Below are positions 31,245 through 49,109 of a stretch of 64,000 nucleotides of DNA, in pieces. Made by a program: the position numbers and the translations under genes. Source of the stretch: the human T2T-CHM13v2.0 reference genome, Homo sapiens. The number at the start of each line of letters is the position of its first letter. Position 1 is the first letter of the stretch. The DNA is taken from assembly GCF_009914755.1 (NCBI RefSeq), contig NC_060937.1; one strand, 5' to 3'. Below the pieces are notes generated by a model. That model saw nothing but the letters and a program-made list of their open reading frames with translations. It had not been told where the DNA came from and ran no database searches.

Positions 31245-32390
31245 TCAAATAAATGATTTGAATAGACCTTTCTGAATTTCTGAAAGAAAGATAAACAGCC
31301 AATATGGATATGAAGAAAAGCTCAACATCTAACATCTTTAGACATTAGGGAAATGTAAATCAAAATCAAATGAGATACGACTTTCATACCCAATAAAATG
31401 ACTATAATAAAAAAGACAATGACAAGTAATGATGGGATGTGGAGAAATAACTGAAATCCTCATATGTTGCCAGTGAGAATATAAGATGATGCAGTCATTT
31501 TGGAAATAGTTTGGTAGTTTATCAAACTGTGAAATATGTAATTACCATATGACTCAGCAATTCTTAGGCACATACCCAAAACAAACGAAAACATTTCCAC
31601 ATGAAAATGTATACACACTCGGCTGGGCGTGGTGGCTCACGCCTGCAATCCCAGCACTTTGGGAGGCCGAAGCGGGTGGATCACGAGGTCAGGAGATCGA
31701 GACCATCCTGGCTAACATGGTGAAACTCTGTCTCTACTAAAAAAATACAAACAAATTAGCCGGATGTGGTGATGGGCGCCTGTAGTCCCAGCTACTCGGC
31801 AGGCTGAGGCAGGAGAATGGCGTGAATCCGGGAGGCGGAGCTTGCAGTGAGCAGAGATCACGCTAGTGTGCACTCCAACCTGAGCGACAAAGCGAGACTC
31901 TGTCTCAAAAAAAGAAAAGAAAAGAAAAGAAAATGTATACACACTCAGCTGCATTATTCATATTGGCCCCAAAGTGGAAATAATCCAATTATTCATCAAC
32001 TGATGAATGGATACACAAATGTGGCAGATCCATTCAATGGAATATATTCGGCCATGAGCAATGAAGTAGTACTAACATATGGCACGACATGGATGAACCT
32101 TGAAAACTTTATTAGACTAGGTGAGAAAAGCCAGACACAAAGACCATAGAGTATATAATTCCATTTACTTAAAATGTCCAACATAGGGAGATCCATAGAC
32201 ATAGAGAGTAGATTAGTGGTTGCCTAGGGCTGGACTGAGAGATAAGGTGTGGAGTAATTGCTAATGAGTACATAGACACAGGGTTGCTTTTTGAGGGGTC
32301 ATGAAATATTCTAAAATTACGCTATAGAGATAGATGTACAACTCTGAATATACTAAAACCCACTGAATTATACACTGAATTAAAACTTTA
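31245..32390 (+). mobile_element. Old L1 (L1MB/ME-like) 3' end, interrupted by AluY
   Basis: 'acatggatgaaccttgaaaac', 'gagtagattagtggttgcctagggctgg', 'ctgaatatactaaaacccactgaattatacac'. Confidence 0.85.
31621..31928 (+). mobile_element. AluY SINE
   Basis: Perfect 18-bp TSD gaaaatgtatacacactc at 31603-31620 and 31929-31946. Confidence 0.95.
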
Positions 32391-32486
32391 AAGAGTCGTT
32401 TGCATTTATTTAGTGCATTACATATTAGATTTTGCACTCTTATTTATGTTTTTCCATTTGAGCCTCTCAATAAAATTTGATATTAA

Positions 32487-32775
32487 TTTTTTTTTTTTTT
32501 GAGACGGAGTCTCCCTCTGTCGCCCAGGCTGGGGTGCAGTAACGCCATCTCCGCTCAATGCAAGCTCCACCTCCAGGGTTCATGCCATTCTCCTGCCTCA
32601 GCCTCCTGAGTAGCTGGGACTACAGGTGCCCACCACCACGCCCGCTAATTTTTTTTTAGTAGAGATCGGGTTTCACCGTGTTAGCCAGGATGGTCTCGAT
32701 CTCTTGACCTTGTGATCTGCCCGCCTCGGCCTCCCAAAGTGCTGGGATTACAAGCGTGAGCCACAGCGCCCGGCC
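32487..32775 (-). mobile_element. AluY SINE
   Basis: Antisense Alu with Y-type motifs. Confidence 0.92.
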
Positions 32776-33276
32776 TACACGTGGCTTATTCTTGTCCTAA
32801 CCGTTGGCTCCAATTGGCGGCCAAGCTAGAGTGCAAATATATGAACCTTTTCCCCTACTCTGAGTTCTCATGTTCTCCCCTTGGGGTCCCTGCACAGTAC
32901 AGAAACAGACTGTGGCATGGGGATTCTTAGAGATTCTGTTCAATTTGTCCAAATACTTTAGTTACAGTTGTATGGACTATATGATGGTTCAATCATGTTG
33001 CAATAAGTTTTGACACAGTATGATGCTTATTGGATTTGGAGGGAACATGTTGATAACCTACTTTGCTCTTATTTGCAAGGACTTAGGAAGGTATTCATGT
33101 AGGTCAGTGATCTCAATACTTCAAGAAACCCTGGGGAACCACAGAGGCATATCCTGAGATTATTACAAAATGTTGCCCTTTCTGAGCCATCATTTTAATT
33201 TTCACTTTTAGTCTTGACAAAGTGTATAGACTCAGGAGCCAGGGAGATCGAGGTCAGAATGATAAGTCATTAATAG

Positions 33277-33639
<363 letters not shown>

Positions 33640-33689
33640 CTACAATTTTCTTACAACAAAAATGGGATGATAAAAATTTTACCTTTTAA

Positions 33690-35295
<1,606 letters not shown>

Positions 35296-35399
35296 TAGTG
35301 AGGTAGAGCATGTGAAAGATTGTAAGAGCACAATGCCTTCACATATTATTTCATCAATAAAGGTCAGCCCATTGTTATTACAAAAACAAAAGCAAAATA

Positions 35400-35690
35400 A
35401 AGACTATCTGAAAATTGTTAGTAGGGTGAGTTAAAACTAGAGTGAGCACAGGGCCTCCGATCAGGCGACTATAGTAGTTTAGAACAGAGGCAGTGAGTTC
35501 CTTAACTAGAGTACAGGAGAAGAGGAAATAAAAAGTATAGAACAAATAAGAGAAGCATTTGAAGGTTCGATTGAAAGATTTGGTAACATTTTAGAGGTGG
35601 GCAAGGGAAAGGGAGGAGCCAGATGTGACCCCGAGATTTCTGAGTCAGAATAAGCAAAATTTGGATGCTGCCATTCAATAGAAACCAGCT
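35400..35690 (-). mobile_element. L2 fragment
   Basis: Purine-rich, e.g. 'gatttggtaacattttagaggtgg...gatgtgaccccgagatttctgag...tgctgccattca'. Confidence 0.55.
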
Positions 35691-35798
35691 GGTAAGTTTT
35701 TCTTACCTTTAATTTTTAGTTGGGTGTGTGTGTAAAACTGAAATAAACCCAGGAAAAATCTATAATCAAATGGTTTTTTGCTTTAAAATAAAAATAGA

Positions 35799-36090
35799 GG
35801 CCGGGCACGGTGGCTCACGCCTGTAATCCTAGCACTTTGGGAGGCCGAGGCGGGTGGATCATGAGGTCAGGAGTTCAAGACCAGCCTGGCAAACATGGTG
35901 AAACCGTGTCTCTACTAAAAATAGAAAACTTAGCCAGGCACAGTGGCAGGTGCCTGTAATTCCAGCTATTCGGGAGGCTGACGCAGGAGAATCATTTTAA
36001 CCCGGGCGGCAGAGGTTGCAGTGAGCCAAGATCGCACCACTGCACCAGCCTGGGCAACACAGCAATACTCCATCTCAAAAAAAAAAAAAA
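35799..36090 (+). mobile_element. AluSg-like SINE
   Basis: ggccgggcacggtggctcacgcc through to poly-A. Confidence 0.92.
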
Positions 36091-36414
36091 GAAAATATAG
36101 ATTCAATGCTTATTTGTTATGAACTGATAATCCACCATTATCACAAATACCTCTTGCAACTTGTTAGCTCCTTTGCAGATTTTTTAAAAATTCCTACTTG
36201 CAGGCTTGGTTCAGAAGAACCTGTAAAAGGAGATCCCTGAAATCAGAAGATGTAACTTCTCTAAACCTGCATGAATGAGAAGGCAGATATTTGTGCTTTC
36301 TGCTACGTACTTACTTTCAGAAAATTTGAATAAAGACAAAGGAATTATTGTTATTTTTTTCAGTGTGAGAAAATGTCTACAATTATTGGTGATGCATATG
36401 TAATGTTGATCTGC

Positions 36415-37047
<633 letters not shown>

Positions 37048-37375
37048 TTGAGATAATTTTTCAAAAAATAAAGAGAGAATAAGAAAAGGCAAAAGAATAC
37101 ATAAACAAAATCTTGGAATTATTGAATCTGGGTGATGGAATTATACTGGATCTTTCTTTATAGCTTTTTTATTACAAAAAGAAAATAAGTGATAATTATA
37201 AATACCAAAAATCAAGATACTTTGAATAGTGGAACAAACAGCTGGAAAACTTTGAGATAGCTTACTGCTGGAACACGTGCTAAATAAATAACAAGCAGTT
37301 TTGTTCTTGGTTCTTTGTTACTTGCAGTTGAACACGTTAAAACCAATACCCCTAATTCTACTACACTTTATGTTA

Positions 37376-37478
37376 TTTTTATTATTTATTTATTTATTAT
37401 TTTTTTTTTTTTTTTGAGATGGAGTCTCGCTCTGTCGCCCAGGCTGGAGTGCAGTGGCGCGATCTCAGCTCACTGCAA
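37376..37478 (-). mobile_element. Severely 5'-truncated Alu (about 64 nt of 3' end plus tail) with TSD
   Basis: Body gagatggagtctcgc...cactgcaa at about 37415-37478. TSD acactttatg(t/c)ta at 37363-37375 and 37479-37491. Confidence 0.9.
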
Positions 37479-40400
37479 ACACTTTATGCTACTATGAATA
37501 CAATTTTGAATTTATATTTAAACCCATTGACAAAAGTACAGATTTTCTCATAGTTTTAAGAGCTGACTATAATATGAAGCCTTAAGATTGACAGAGCATT
37601 TTTCCTTTTAAACTATAGTGCTCTTCAAAAAGGTTTATAAATTAGTCTATGTAACTAGATCATTCAAAAGAGTAATTAAGCTTTTTACACATATACAATA
37701 AGATTTGCAAGAAGGGCAAATAGACAACAAAATCTGTGTATATAGAAATAATCAGTTTAAGGAAGTAAAATAAATATATATGTAAATAAATATTTGTAGT
37801 TGGTGTGGGTTTCAGCTGAGAGACGGCAGCTCACTCACACCTGACAGACCATAATCTATTTTCAAAGTAGGGGGATAATCAGAACAGAAAGAAATGTAAG
37901 TGTCAGTTAACTCAAGTAAAGTCATGTCCTGCTTCTCACTAAATGCTCACAATATAAGCTACATACAATAAAATTATAAAGAGATATAAATATGAGTCTC
38001 TACTAAAATTGTACTTTAGCAAACAGCTAACAGCATGCTTCATTCATGTCATCTTTAAGTAAATATATGTAGTGCCCACAAACCAAACTTTCTTTTCTTC
38101 AATAATCATGAAAAATATAATACCAGCAAGTTTGGTCATAATTTTCTATGGGTAAAAATCACTAGATATTTAACTATACTTAGTGGCAAAAATCACATGG
38201 TATCTTAGCAGGTTTTCTCTCCAAGAGGTTTTATTTGATGTTTGACTTAAAGGTTATGTAGTGCCATGAAAGGGCACATAGCCTATCTTTTCTTTTTTCT
38301 AAGTTTCATCTACCACCACTTAGTGGATAGATATTTCTTGAGTACCTTCACTTAGAATTCTATCTGAGGCTTTTAACAATATCAATAGTCATTTTGCCCA
38401 TGTGTGTAGAAGATCTGTGGTTGCTCGGGGGTTTTGTTTTTATAACACACTAAAGTAAATCAGAAGTGAAAGCACTTCTCTCTGAGATTATTTTTAAATC
38501 TAAACAAATAAATAAACTCAAGGGAATTTAATTTTGATAAAATAGGACTCCAGGAAAATCTGTCTCATGGCCTTTCTGAATGAAGAAAATGGAAATAAAA
38601 TGTAAATGTGATTTTGGAGATGTGTCTTCCACAAAACAAGTGTTGACAAGATAATCTCTCCATTTGTTCCAGGTCCTCTAATTCTAGCACTCTATAAGCA
38701 TAAAAATAATCTAATTAAGTTTAATGCTTTGAAATATTTCCTTTATTGCAAATCAGTACCCAGATGAAGAATAAGATGAAACCACACTTACATGACTCTA
38801 AATACCTGAGATTTCTGAGTAAGGTGGGGAACAAAGATCTGTTTCTCTAACTAAAGGATGATTAGATTAATTTTTCCCTCCATTAGCAGCCCTATATCTT
38901 TCTCCATCCTCTCTCACTTGTTACTCAACTATTTGAGCTTCTCTATCACTAAACTTATAACGTATTCCCTGCCTGGGCTTCAAAGCGATATTCACATTAA
39001 CAGATAAAAAGCTTCATGCACTGTCTGAGCTAAGACTGCCACAGTAAACTCTGAAATGATGACATGAGAGCATGATAAATATCCTGACACAAAAAAGCTA
39101 TTTTTCAGGGGAGGCCACTACCCCATAAGCAAACCTTTGTTGCTCTATCTGTGAACTCAAGGATCTGTCCTCCCATTGAAAGGCCCCAGAGTCGACAGGC
39201 TGAGTACTCCAAGTCGCTGACACCAGGGGACAGAACAAAGAATCTGTCCAAGTCTTGATCTCCTTAGCTCAGCGCAGGCCAAGTTCAGCTCAGCGATCTA
39301 TCAAAGTGCTGGAATGTGCAGCAAGTAAATACCCACATTCTGCCAAGGGAGAAGAAAAGCTGGACCATTGACTACTGTTCTGGGACAAAGCAAATTCTCC
39401 CACATCAAAAGAGCACAAGCAGCCCTCATCCAGGTCTACACTGTATAATGGGTAGATTTTCGGCGAGTGTGCAAAAGATAAATGGTGCTTTTATCTCACA
39501 TTCCCCCACCCCCCTTGCAATGAGAGTTTATGTTAGAGCCACTTAACTGCGTGGAGTGCAGCTTGGTGGATTACCTGTTTGTATGACTCAGTACCTGACC
39601 TGATCCTGTGGCGAGAGGAGACGGGGGAGGATGAGAGTTTTGTAAAATCAGTTTTGCTTTGAAGGGATCTTCAGCAATTTCTGAAGCCTCACAAAGACCT
39701 CTATACATACTGGCCCTTATAAGGAGAAAGGATTAGAAGGGAACAATGCACCCAGTAGAGAAGTTCGTCTTGTATTTCTAGTTATTTTATGAGTTTAGAC
39801 TTATTAAATTACAAGCTTTAAAATCAGCCACTCATTATTGAAAAAAGTGTGGAATTGTGAATTAAAAGCGTATCTCTGAGACAGTTGTCACTGGCTTTGG
39901 AGCTAAGCATCCCGGGAAGTCAGATAAGGTTTCATCAGAGAAAGGGAAATGATCCTGTTATGAATAAAAATTGAAAGGTTCTGAAAGTCACTTCTGGAAG
40001 ACCAGCATGGTGAGGACAGGAATCTTAAGTGTTAACAAGGTTGGACTTAAATACCTAAAATGATTAATTGGTCAAACTAGCATGAGGTTAAAGCTTTTTT
40101 GTTCCTAAAATACCTTTTGATTCCAGGAAGAAATTCTTTTCCCCAAGCCACCCTGAGTGAACCATTAGTTTCCATTTCAGTGATCTGCTTTCTTTCTGTG
40201 TGTAATCTCAAGTCTCACCTGAGGGCAGATGGCGGGGCGATGACAATGGCAGCCTATCAGAGAATGTGATTTCCAATCTCAGCTCCACAATCCAATACCA
40301 CATTATGTACTAAGTCTGGCTATTAAGGATGTCTAAGGTCTAAAGTTAATAGTAAATACTTTTGTGCCTGCCACAGTTCTTTTTATTTTCCAGGACCAAA

Positions 40401-40959
40401 TAAGACAAATGCATGTGAATTGGTTTGGAGAAGATTTCAGATTAATCTTCAAAGTAAGATTGCACCTTAATGAACCCATCTTCGGGGTAATTTGAGAGTA
40501 TATCTTACCAATACGGAGTTTAAATTTAATCTAAAATTTTGTTCTCCATTCTGTTCCCAGTTTTCTTCTCTTTAATAAACAAATCACTGGACTACATGGT
40601 AGAAAAGCTGGTTTCTGAGGACATTCTGTCCTGGAATATCATTTGATTCAGAAGCTCTCAATTTGAAACAATTTTTAGTTGTGACCAAAAGTATATATTT
40701 GAACAGGTTAATAAGCATTTAAATAAGTTTAAAATCAAGGTTTCAATTTCAAACAAAAACAGATGAGTTATTAACTGAAGCAAAATATGTAGATTTCTAA
40801 AGCTGATAAAAGCTCTAATTTAAGAAAATTAATATTAAGAAAATATTTCAAAACATATACTTTTTAAAATGGCATATTAGAGAATATTTGTTCATGTTTA
40901 AAAGATTTATTTATTTTAACAACAAAACACAGCTTTAATCACAAAGTATAGTTATTTTT

Positions 40960-41705
40960 TAACAACTTTATTGAGATACAATTTACATACCATAAAGTTC
41001 ACTCATTTAAATGTACAATTTAATGGGTTTTAATATATTTACAAAGTTTTCCAACCATCACCATAATCTGTTTTAGAACATTTTTATTGTCCCAGAAAGA
41101 AATGTACCAATTAGCAGTCACTCCTCATTCTCCCTGACTCCAGCCCTCAGCAACAAGTAATATACTTTCTGCCTCTAAAGAATTGAGTAGTTCATGTAAG
41201 TGGGCTTTTTTCAAAACCACCACATGCTGTATGAACTCAAGGACATAGTACTAAGGGCTTCTTTCCCTGATCACAATGTCTTTGAGTTCCATTCATGTTG
41301 CAGCATGTATCAGTACTTAAATCCTTTAAATTACCAAATAATATTCCATTGTGTGGATGTACCACATTTGTGTACCCAGCCATCAGTTGAAATTTTAGCC
41401 ACTGAAGAAGTGCAAACAAAACCACAAGATAACACTACATATCCACTAAATGACTATATTTAAAAAGACAGGCAATAGCAAGTGTTGGGAACATGTGGAA
41501 AAACTGGATTCTTCATGCTTTGTTGGCAAGAACGTAAAATTATACAACCTCTTTGTAAAAGAGTATAGCAGTTCTTCAGAACGTTACCTACCCAGTTACC
41601 ATACCATCCTCAACTCCACTCCCAGTGTACGTTCAAGAGATACGAAAACGTACGTCCACATAAAGACATGTACATGAATGTTTGTAGCAACACCATGCAT
41701 ATTAG
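40960..41705. mobile_element. Old L1 (L1MB-like) 3' end with inverted upstream segment
   Basis: 40960-41390 is an antisense L1 3' end (actttattgagatacaatttacatacc...catcagttga). 41400-41705 is sense L1 sequence from just upstream. Confidence 0.75.
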
Positions 41706-42739
41706 TGAACATTTATTTTACACGCCTTTTTTACAAACATATTTCTAATATAAAATTTGATATGTCTAAATTCTATGCAACTTACCAAATATCCCATGTG
41801 ACAGAATATGTTTCAGGGAAGCTTTGGAGAGGTATATTGTGATATAACATAGCCTGGTATCAATTATCAGTTTCTTGAAGAACAAACAGCTTTTTATCTT
41901 GCTTGTTTTTGTTTTGATTTTAAATCTCATCAGGGAAGCATCATTAAAGTAGAATTTCTATTTTCTGAAAAAGCCCTCATCAGCCATTATTAAGTAGAAT
42001 GGTGTCACTAAATATGACAACATAAAGAAGCATGTTACTATTATTATTATTTTGATGAGAGAGTACTTTGTCTTTGATACTTTAGCCAGAGTTACATTCT
42101 TCATCTTCAGAGAGCTCCCCTCTTGATTTTAGTGCCCTAGTAGGTCACCAAGTCAGCAAGCTCTGAAGACATCTAAGTTGCCTACACGTTTTTCATTTCT
42201 TGCTTATTTTCACTTCGTTTCTCACAGCCATTGCTCTATCTGCCTTTGTGTGTTGCTTGAGCAAGGCTGCAGGCTTCTTAAAGATTGCATTCCAATGACT
42301 CTGCTTTCTCCTTATGTCTACCTCAGGGTCAGGGCGTTCCAAGGTCAGGAAGAAAAGGGAGGAATAATTGTATACTGAAAAATATAAACAGACCTGTTTT
42401 GCTGGGGTACTCAGAAATAAGGTAAGGAGGTGCCGCTGCAGAGAGCAGAAATGGGTAAATTCCATCGGTCCATTTCATCCACAGTTTAACCTCTTCCTGA
42501 TCAGATCAGTCAGTTCCCACTGCTTTTCGTTTTTAGTGAAGCACAGTTTTACAAGACGATCTTAGGGACTTGGGACATAAAACTTGAAAAGCATTCTCAA
42601 TGGTAAAAATTACATGCATTTTTGTGAATGTGTCAGTCACTCCTTCCTTGTACCCTACACGTGCCTAGACTAGTGCCAGGCACACAGCAGTTTCTCAATA
42701 CATGTCTTTAAAACTTATGAACTCCAAAAATGAGGAGAA

Positions 42740-43350
42740 AAGCTGAAGCTGGAGACAGGAACATATTCTGCAAGTCCTAGGATTAAAATAGGAGAGTGAA
42801 GTGATCGGGTTTGGGTTTCAGAAGGAATTCTCTTGTCTCAGTGTTGAAGATGGGTTGGAGAAGAACAAAGGTAAGACCATCTATGTAGAGAAAATGCACT
42901 TTTTGCCTAAACCAGAGGAATAAGGAGGAAGAGGTGGCATTCTACAGATGTGAAGGCAATTTATCTGTGAAGCTGAGGGACTCGGGATGTGGAGGGAGAA
43001 AGGGAGGGAAGCACCCAAGATTGTTGTGCAGGAGCTAAGCTTAGCTGGGGACCACGGGAGGCGCCTTTACCTGGGGCGGGACCTTCCTTAGGTGGGGGTT
43101 GAGGAAGAAGCTGCCAGGCTTGGCTTCCATCGAGGTTTCTGTATCTGGGTGATACCTGGTGATGTGTCGACAGGCAGTGGGTTAAGAAGGCCTCAATTTC
43201 AGGAAAGGACTATGGCCTGGTCACATACATTAGCGAGCTGTCTACATAGAGGTGGCAGTTTACATCTTGAGAATGGTTGCTTCCAGGAAAAGAGTATAGG
43301 ATGAGAAAAGCAGTAGGAATGAAGAATGAAAGCCCCGCCTCAGGCGTGGG
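42740..43350 (-). mobile_element. L2 fragment
   Basis: 'gtttcagaaggaattctctt...', 'acaggcagtgggttaagaagg...tcaggaaagg'. Confidence 0.55.
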
Positions 43351-43429
43351 TGAAACCTTTTACCATAACCAGAGGTGCTGGGCCATTGGGAAAATGTGTC
43401 ATTATTAATAAAGCTTCCGCCACCCCTCT

Positions 43430-43850
43430 TCTGGGTTGAATTTTTCCCCCCATCAAACATCCTATGTTGAGGTCCTAACCCCCAACACCTCAGAATGGGG
43501 CCCTGTTTGGAAAGAGGTTCCTTAGAGGTAATCAGTCAAGACGACGTCACACTGGAGTAGGATGGGCCCCTAATCTAACACGACTGTGTTCTTATAAAAA
43601 GAAGGCCAGGTGAAGAAGCCGACACACAGGAGAACGCTGCATGGAGACTGGAGTTCTGCTGCCAAGGAATCGGTGGAAGCCAGGAAAGAGCCTGCAACAG
43701 ATCCTTCCGCCGCACCTCCAGAAGAAGCACAGCCCTGGGGACTGCTGGATCTTACACTTCTGGCTTCCAGAACAGTGAGTCAATACATTTCTGTTGTTTT
43801 AGCGGCTCAGTTTGCGGTCCTTTGTTGTGCCGACTCCAGGAAACTGGACA
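43430..43850 (+). mobile_element. MLT1 (B/C-like) MaLR solo LTR
   Basis: 'gggttgaa...tatgttgaggtcctaacccccaacacctcagaatg...ttctggcttccagaacagtgag...ggaaactggaca'. Confidence 0.85.
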
Positions 43851-45791
43851 ATCCCCATGCCGTGCAAAGCAAACGTTATATTCTAACCTTCAGTAATACA
43901 CCCTCTCCCAAGTCCTGACATTTTTCTTTTTCTTTGATCTTTGCTCCCTGATTCTCAGAGGTTCCTGGATGGGCAGGTCATTCCGTGTGTACTCACCAAT
44001 CCAGGCCCACACCCCAGTGCCCCGAGACTCAAATTACACCAGCAACTCTCAGCCACTTCAAAGAACCTAGTCTGTCCATATATGGCTCTTAAGTTTTTAG
44101 GTTTCAGCCCTGCCTGAAATAAGTGAAGTAATATCATTGTCCTCAATTTCCTCATATGGTGCTTAGATTGCAAGATCATTTCCAGCTCAAAGTTTCTAAA
44201 AGAGTTGAATTGAAAATATTTCTCAGAAGGATGAGGAGGAGTGGCCCAATCCCTTCCCTCACCTCATCCCTTCTTATCACGAAACTTCCTGGGCTTTTAT
44301 CTGGGCAAGGGTAGGAGCCTTCGTGTGACATTAACAGGTAAATCCTTGGATTTTTGGCCATATCTTTAAGCCTTTCCTATAGACCTCTTAAATACGAAAT
44401 TCCCACAACTGGAATATATACCGCATTGATACTATTTTCCCCTTTATCCTAAAACTGTCATCTTTAAGCTTCAAACAGTACTGTGATTTGATGTTAACCA
44501 TGATGATTTGTACAACCGTATTTACAAGGCCACAACTCAAGTCATTTTTAGATTTCATCCTTCTAGACTGTAGCCAAATTCCCATCCATAAAGCCTATCT
44601 GATTCTTATTTCAGTGTACTCCTCTTTCTCTACCATCAGTATTGGATTATTCGTCAATTGCATTTGTATTCTCACCTTTTCTAACTATACTGCTCTAACT
44701 TACAATTTCAAATTCAATTTTTTTTCATAAAGCCACTAACCACCTAATTAAACAAACAAACATTCCATTATAGCCTTAGAATCTGCAGCTCACCCTGGTA
44801 AGCCCTGCACCAGACTAATGGTGTTATCAGCATGTCTTAAATACTGTTATCTAAATGTTATTGAAACTGTATCACATGTCAACTTGGGAAAAAATGTTGT
44901 GCATATTTTTGAGATAAGACCACTAAGTTGGTCCAAGGAATATATGTGTGAGTAACATTTCTCACTGTTTTTTTTTTTAATTTAATGTCATTACTATAGC
45001 AGCGAAATGCACAATACATAAAAATATTAATATTCTGCCACGAAGTAAAACTATATTGTCATTTTCATACCTATTAGTAATTCAAGAGAAAAAGGTCTGT
45101 TCTTCTCAATCTTAGCTTTGATAAAAATTATAAATATATTTTTAAAACAATATATATTGTTTAATTAAAATAAATAAACAATATATTGCACTCTTTCATC
45201 CACCAAGCACAAAGCAGGTTCTGATAAAAAACAAAATATTATTAATTAGTTATCCAAAAGCATAGTTAATAGTGTAGAACCCTGTTTTTAATTCAGCATT
45301 TTTATATGTAAGAGTTTCATAGTTAATAGGAATTGGCCATTTTATAAATGGTTGGTGACAGCATCATACTGAATGGGATGCGATTCTTATGGTATATGAC
45401 AATAGTCTATTCCTTCAAAGGGAGAGGTGACAGGGAGGTTAATTAACCTTTCATCAGTTAAGAGTCCTTTATCGATGAGGATGTAAAGAGAAATTCATCT
45501 CAAAACAATAGTTTGTGGGTACGGGTTGTTTTACCCATTTTCTAGATAAAAGGAGCTGAATTTCATATCCAAAATCTAGTTGCAGCCACCTACAGCCAAG
45601 TTAACCACATCGTCCCATTTCTGCTGATCAGAAAGGAAGCCTCTAGCAAACCATCTATATTAATGCAAAGAACAACTTTCTATCCAAATAATCTGAATTT
45701 AAATTTAGCAGATTTTTAAATTAATAAGCTTTTGACTTTATTGTTACTGAGATTCTACCTTATTGCAAACTGGGTTTCTTTCCAATTCTAA

Positions 45792-46131
<340 letters not shown>

Positions 46132-46394
46132 TAGCTGCTTTTAGTAAAGTGCAAGAGAGAAACTCTGCCTTGCCCCTCTCACTTATGCGCGTGCACACAC
46201 ACACACACACACAGAGGCAGGCAGGCCCACATTAGCACCCATGAGTAGGGAACTGTAGACTTTTCGTTGTCTTCTTTATAAATCAATGGGATGTAATGAA
46301 TATTTTTTCTGATGGCTAAGGCCTTATAGCTATATTAATGGGATTATGGCGCCATCATGTGGTAATATGACATTTTTAAAAATTATTTTTTACT

Positions 46395-47600
<1,206 letters not shown>

Positions 47601-48279
47601 AAAAACAATAACAAAAACAAAAAACATTTAAACAGGATTTCCCCCCTCCCCAGACGATAAATGGAGTTTTTGCTCTATATCTTTGCTAGGCTCAACATAT
47701 TTGGAAATATGCTTTGTACTGGGTGTGAGACGAGCCACTTTCATTATGCCTGCCACAGTTGAGCAAGTATAAATATGTAGGTTTCTGTTCTCGTAGCCCT
47801 TTATTTGTATATATAAAATATTACAAACACTATACATCTGGGATAATTATCTTGGCTAGTCAATTAACAAGAAAGCCAGATCTATATTCTCCTGACACAA
47901 CTGGTTTATTATTGCCTTTACTTCTACAACTTCCCCTTTGTTAACTCTAAGCTCTTTAAGGATAAGGAGCTTGGTTACTTCATATTCTCACACAGCTTAC
48001 TGCCAGGCATGTAGTAGATCTCTACAAATGTTTGTGGAAAGAATCAATGAGCAGCATCAGGGAGAATCTTGCTTTTATTAGTATTTGAGTTATTATTTTT
48101 GAGACAAACACATTATAGCCCCTATTTTGTTGGGCATAAATTGATTCAACAATAATGAACAGAGAGAAGTTTAATACACAGAAAGTGCAATGGAGTTGCA
48201 GTGTGAGAGGTTTACATTTTTGTTTGAACTTCAAGAAGGAGATATTTAAGGATTAAAACCTGGAATTGGAAAATGAAAA

Positions 48280-49000
48280 GGAAAAATGCTATTAAAAATT
48301 AGCAAAATTTTATAAAGAATTTTATAAAGAAACAAAATTAACATCTCAATGTAAAATATATCACCATTGAAATTTAAAACTCGGTAAACAGTGGGCATCT
48401 TAATTAGACACTGTTGAAGATCGAAACAAGGAGCTGAACAACATGTAGAAGAAACTAACCGTAATGCACAGCATAGATAGTGATGGAAAACATGGAGGAG
48501 AGGTTAAGACACATGAAGTACAAAATAAGGTCCAGGATATGGTTTACAGAACCTTTAATATAAAAGAACTGAGAAACAGGAGTACAGCAATATTTCAAGA
48601 TATAATGACTAAGAGTTTTCCAAATTAAATGGAATAAATGAATCCTCAGCTTCAAAAACAAAACAAATACCAAGAGAAATAAATGTTCAAACATCTCCCA
48701 TTTCAGACGAATTTTAGAACTGTAAAATCCCTCCCCTCAAAAATTAAACTCCAAATTACCTATAAAAATGGCTACTAAAAACGATAAGCTAGAAAATACC
48801 AGAATAACATCTTCCAAGTTCTAAAAGGAACTGCTATAAATCCAGAGATTTGTATTCAGTTAAACTCTCATTGAAGAACAACAGAGAAATAAATAGTTTT
48901 CAGACAAACTGCAAAAAATGTCATGAGGACATGTCATGAAATGAACTTCTGAAGGATGTATTCCAGAAAGAACAAAATCACACCGAGAAAAATTACACAA
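48280..49000 (+). mobile_element. Ancient L1/HAL1 ORF1-region remnant
   Basis: A-rich. 'agcaatatttcaagatataatgactaagagttttccaaatt', 'aagctagaaaataccagaataacatcttccaagttctaa'. Confidence 0.65.
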
Positions 49001-49109
49001 ATTTCAAAACTGAAAGTAAGCAAGATTCTGGGAAACAGGAAGGTCAATCTCGACAAACCCAATTTTCATCAAAAGAGAAGAATGTCCAAGAAAAGGTGAC
49101 TAAAAAAGT

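Noticed and set aside
44160-44346. Possible exon ending in AG|GTAAAT at about 44337
   Set aside because: A donor-like motif alone is common. No convincing acceptor, reading frame or partner exon.
45145-45162. 18-bp perfect palindrome aaacaatatatattgttt
   Set aside because: Short and within very AT-rich sequence; expected by chance or TA slippage.
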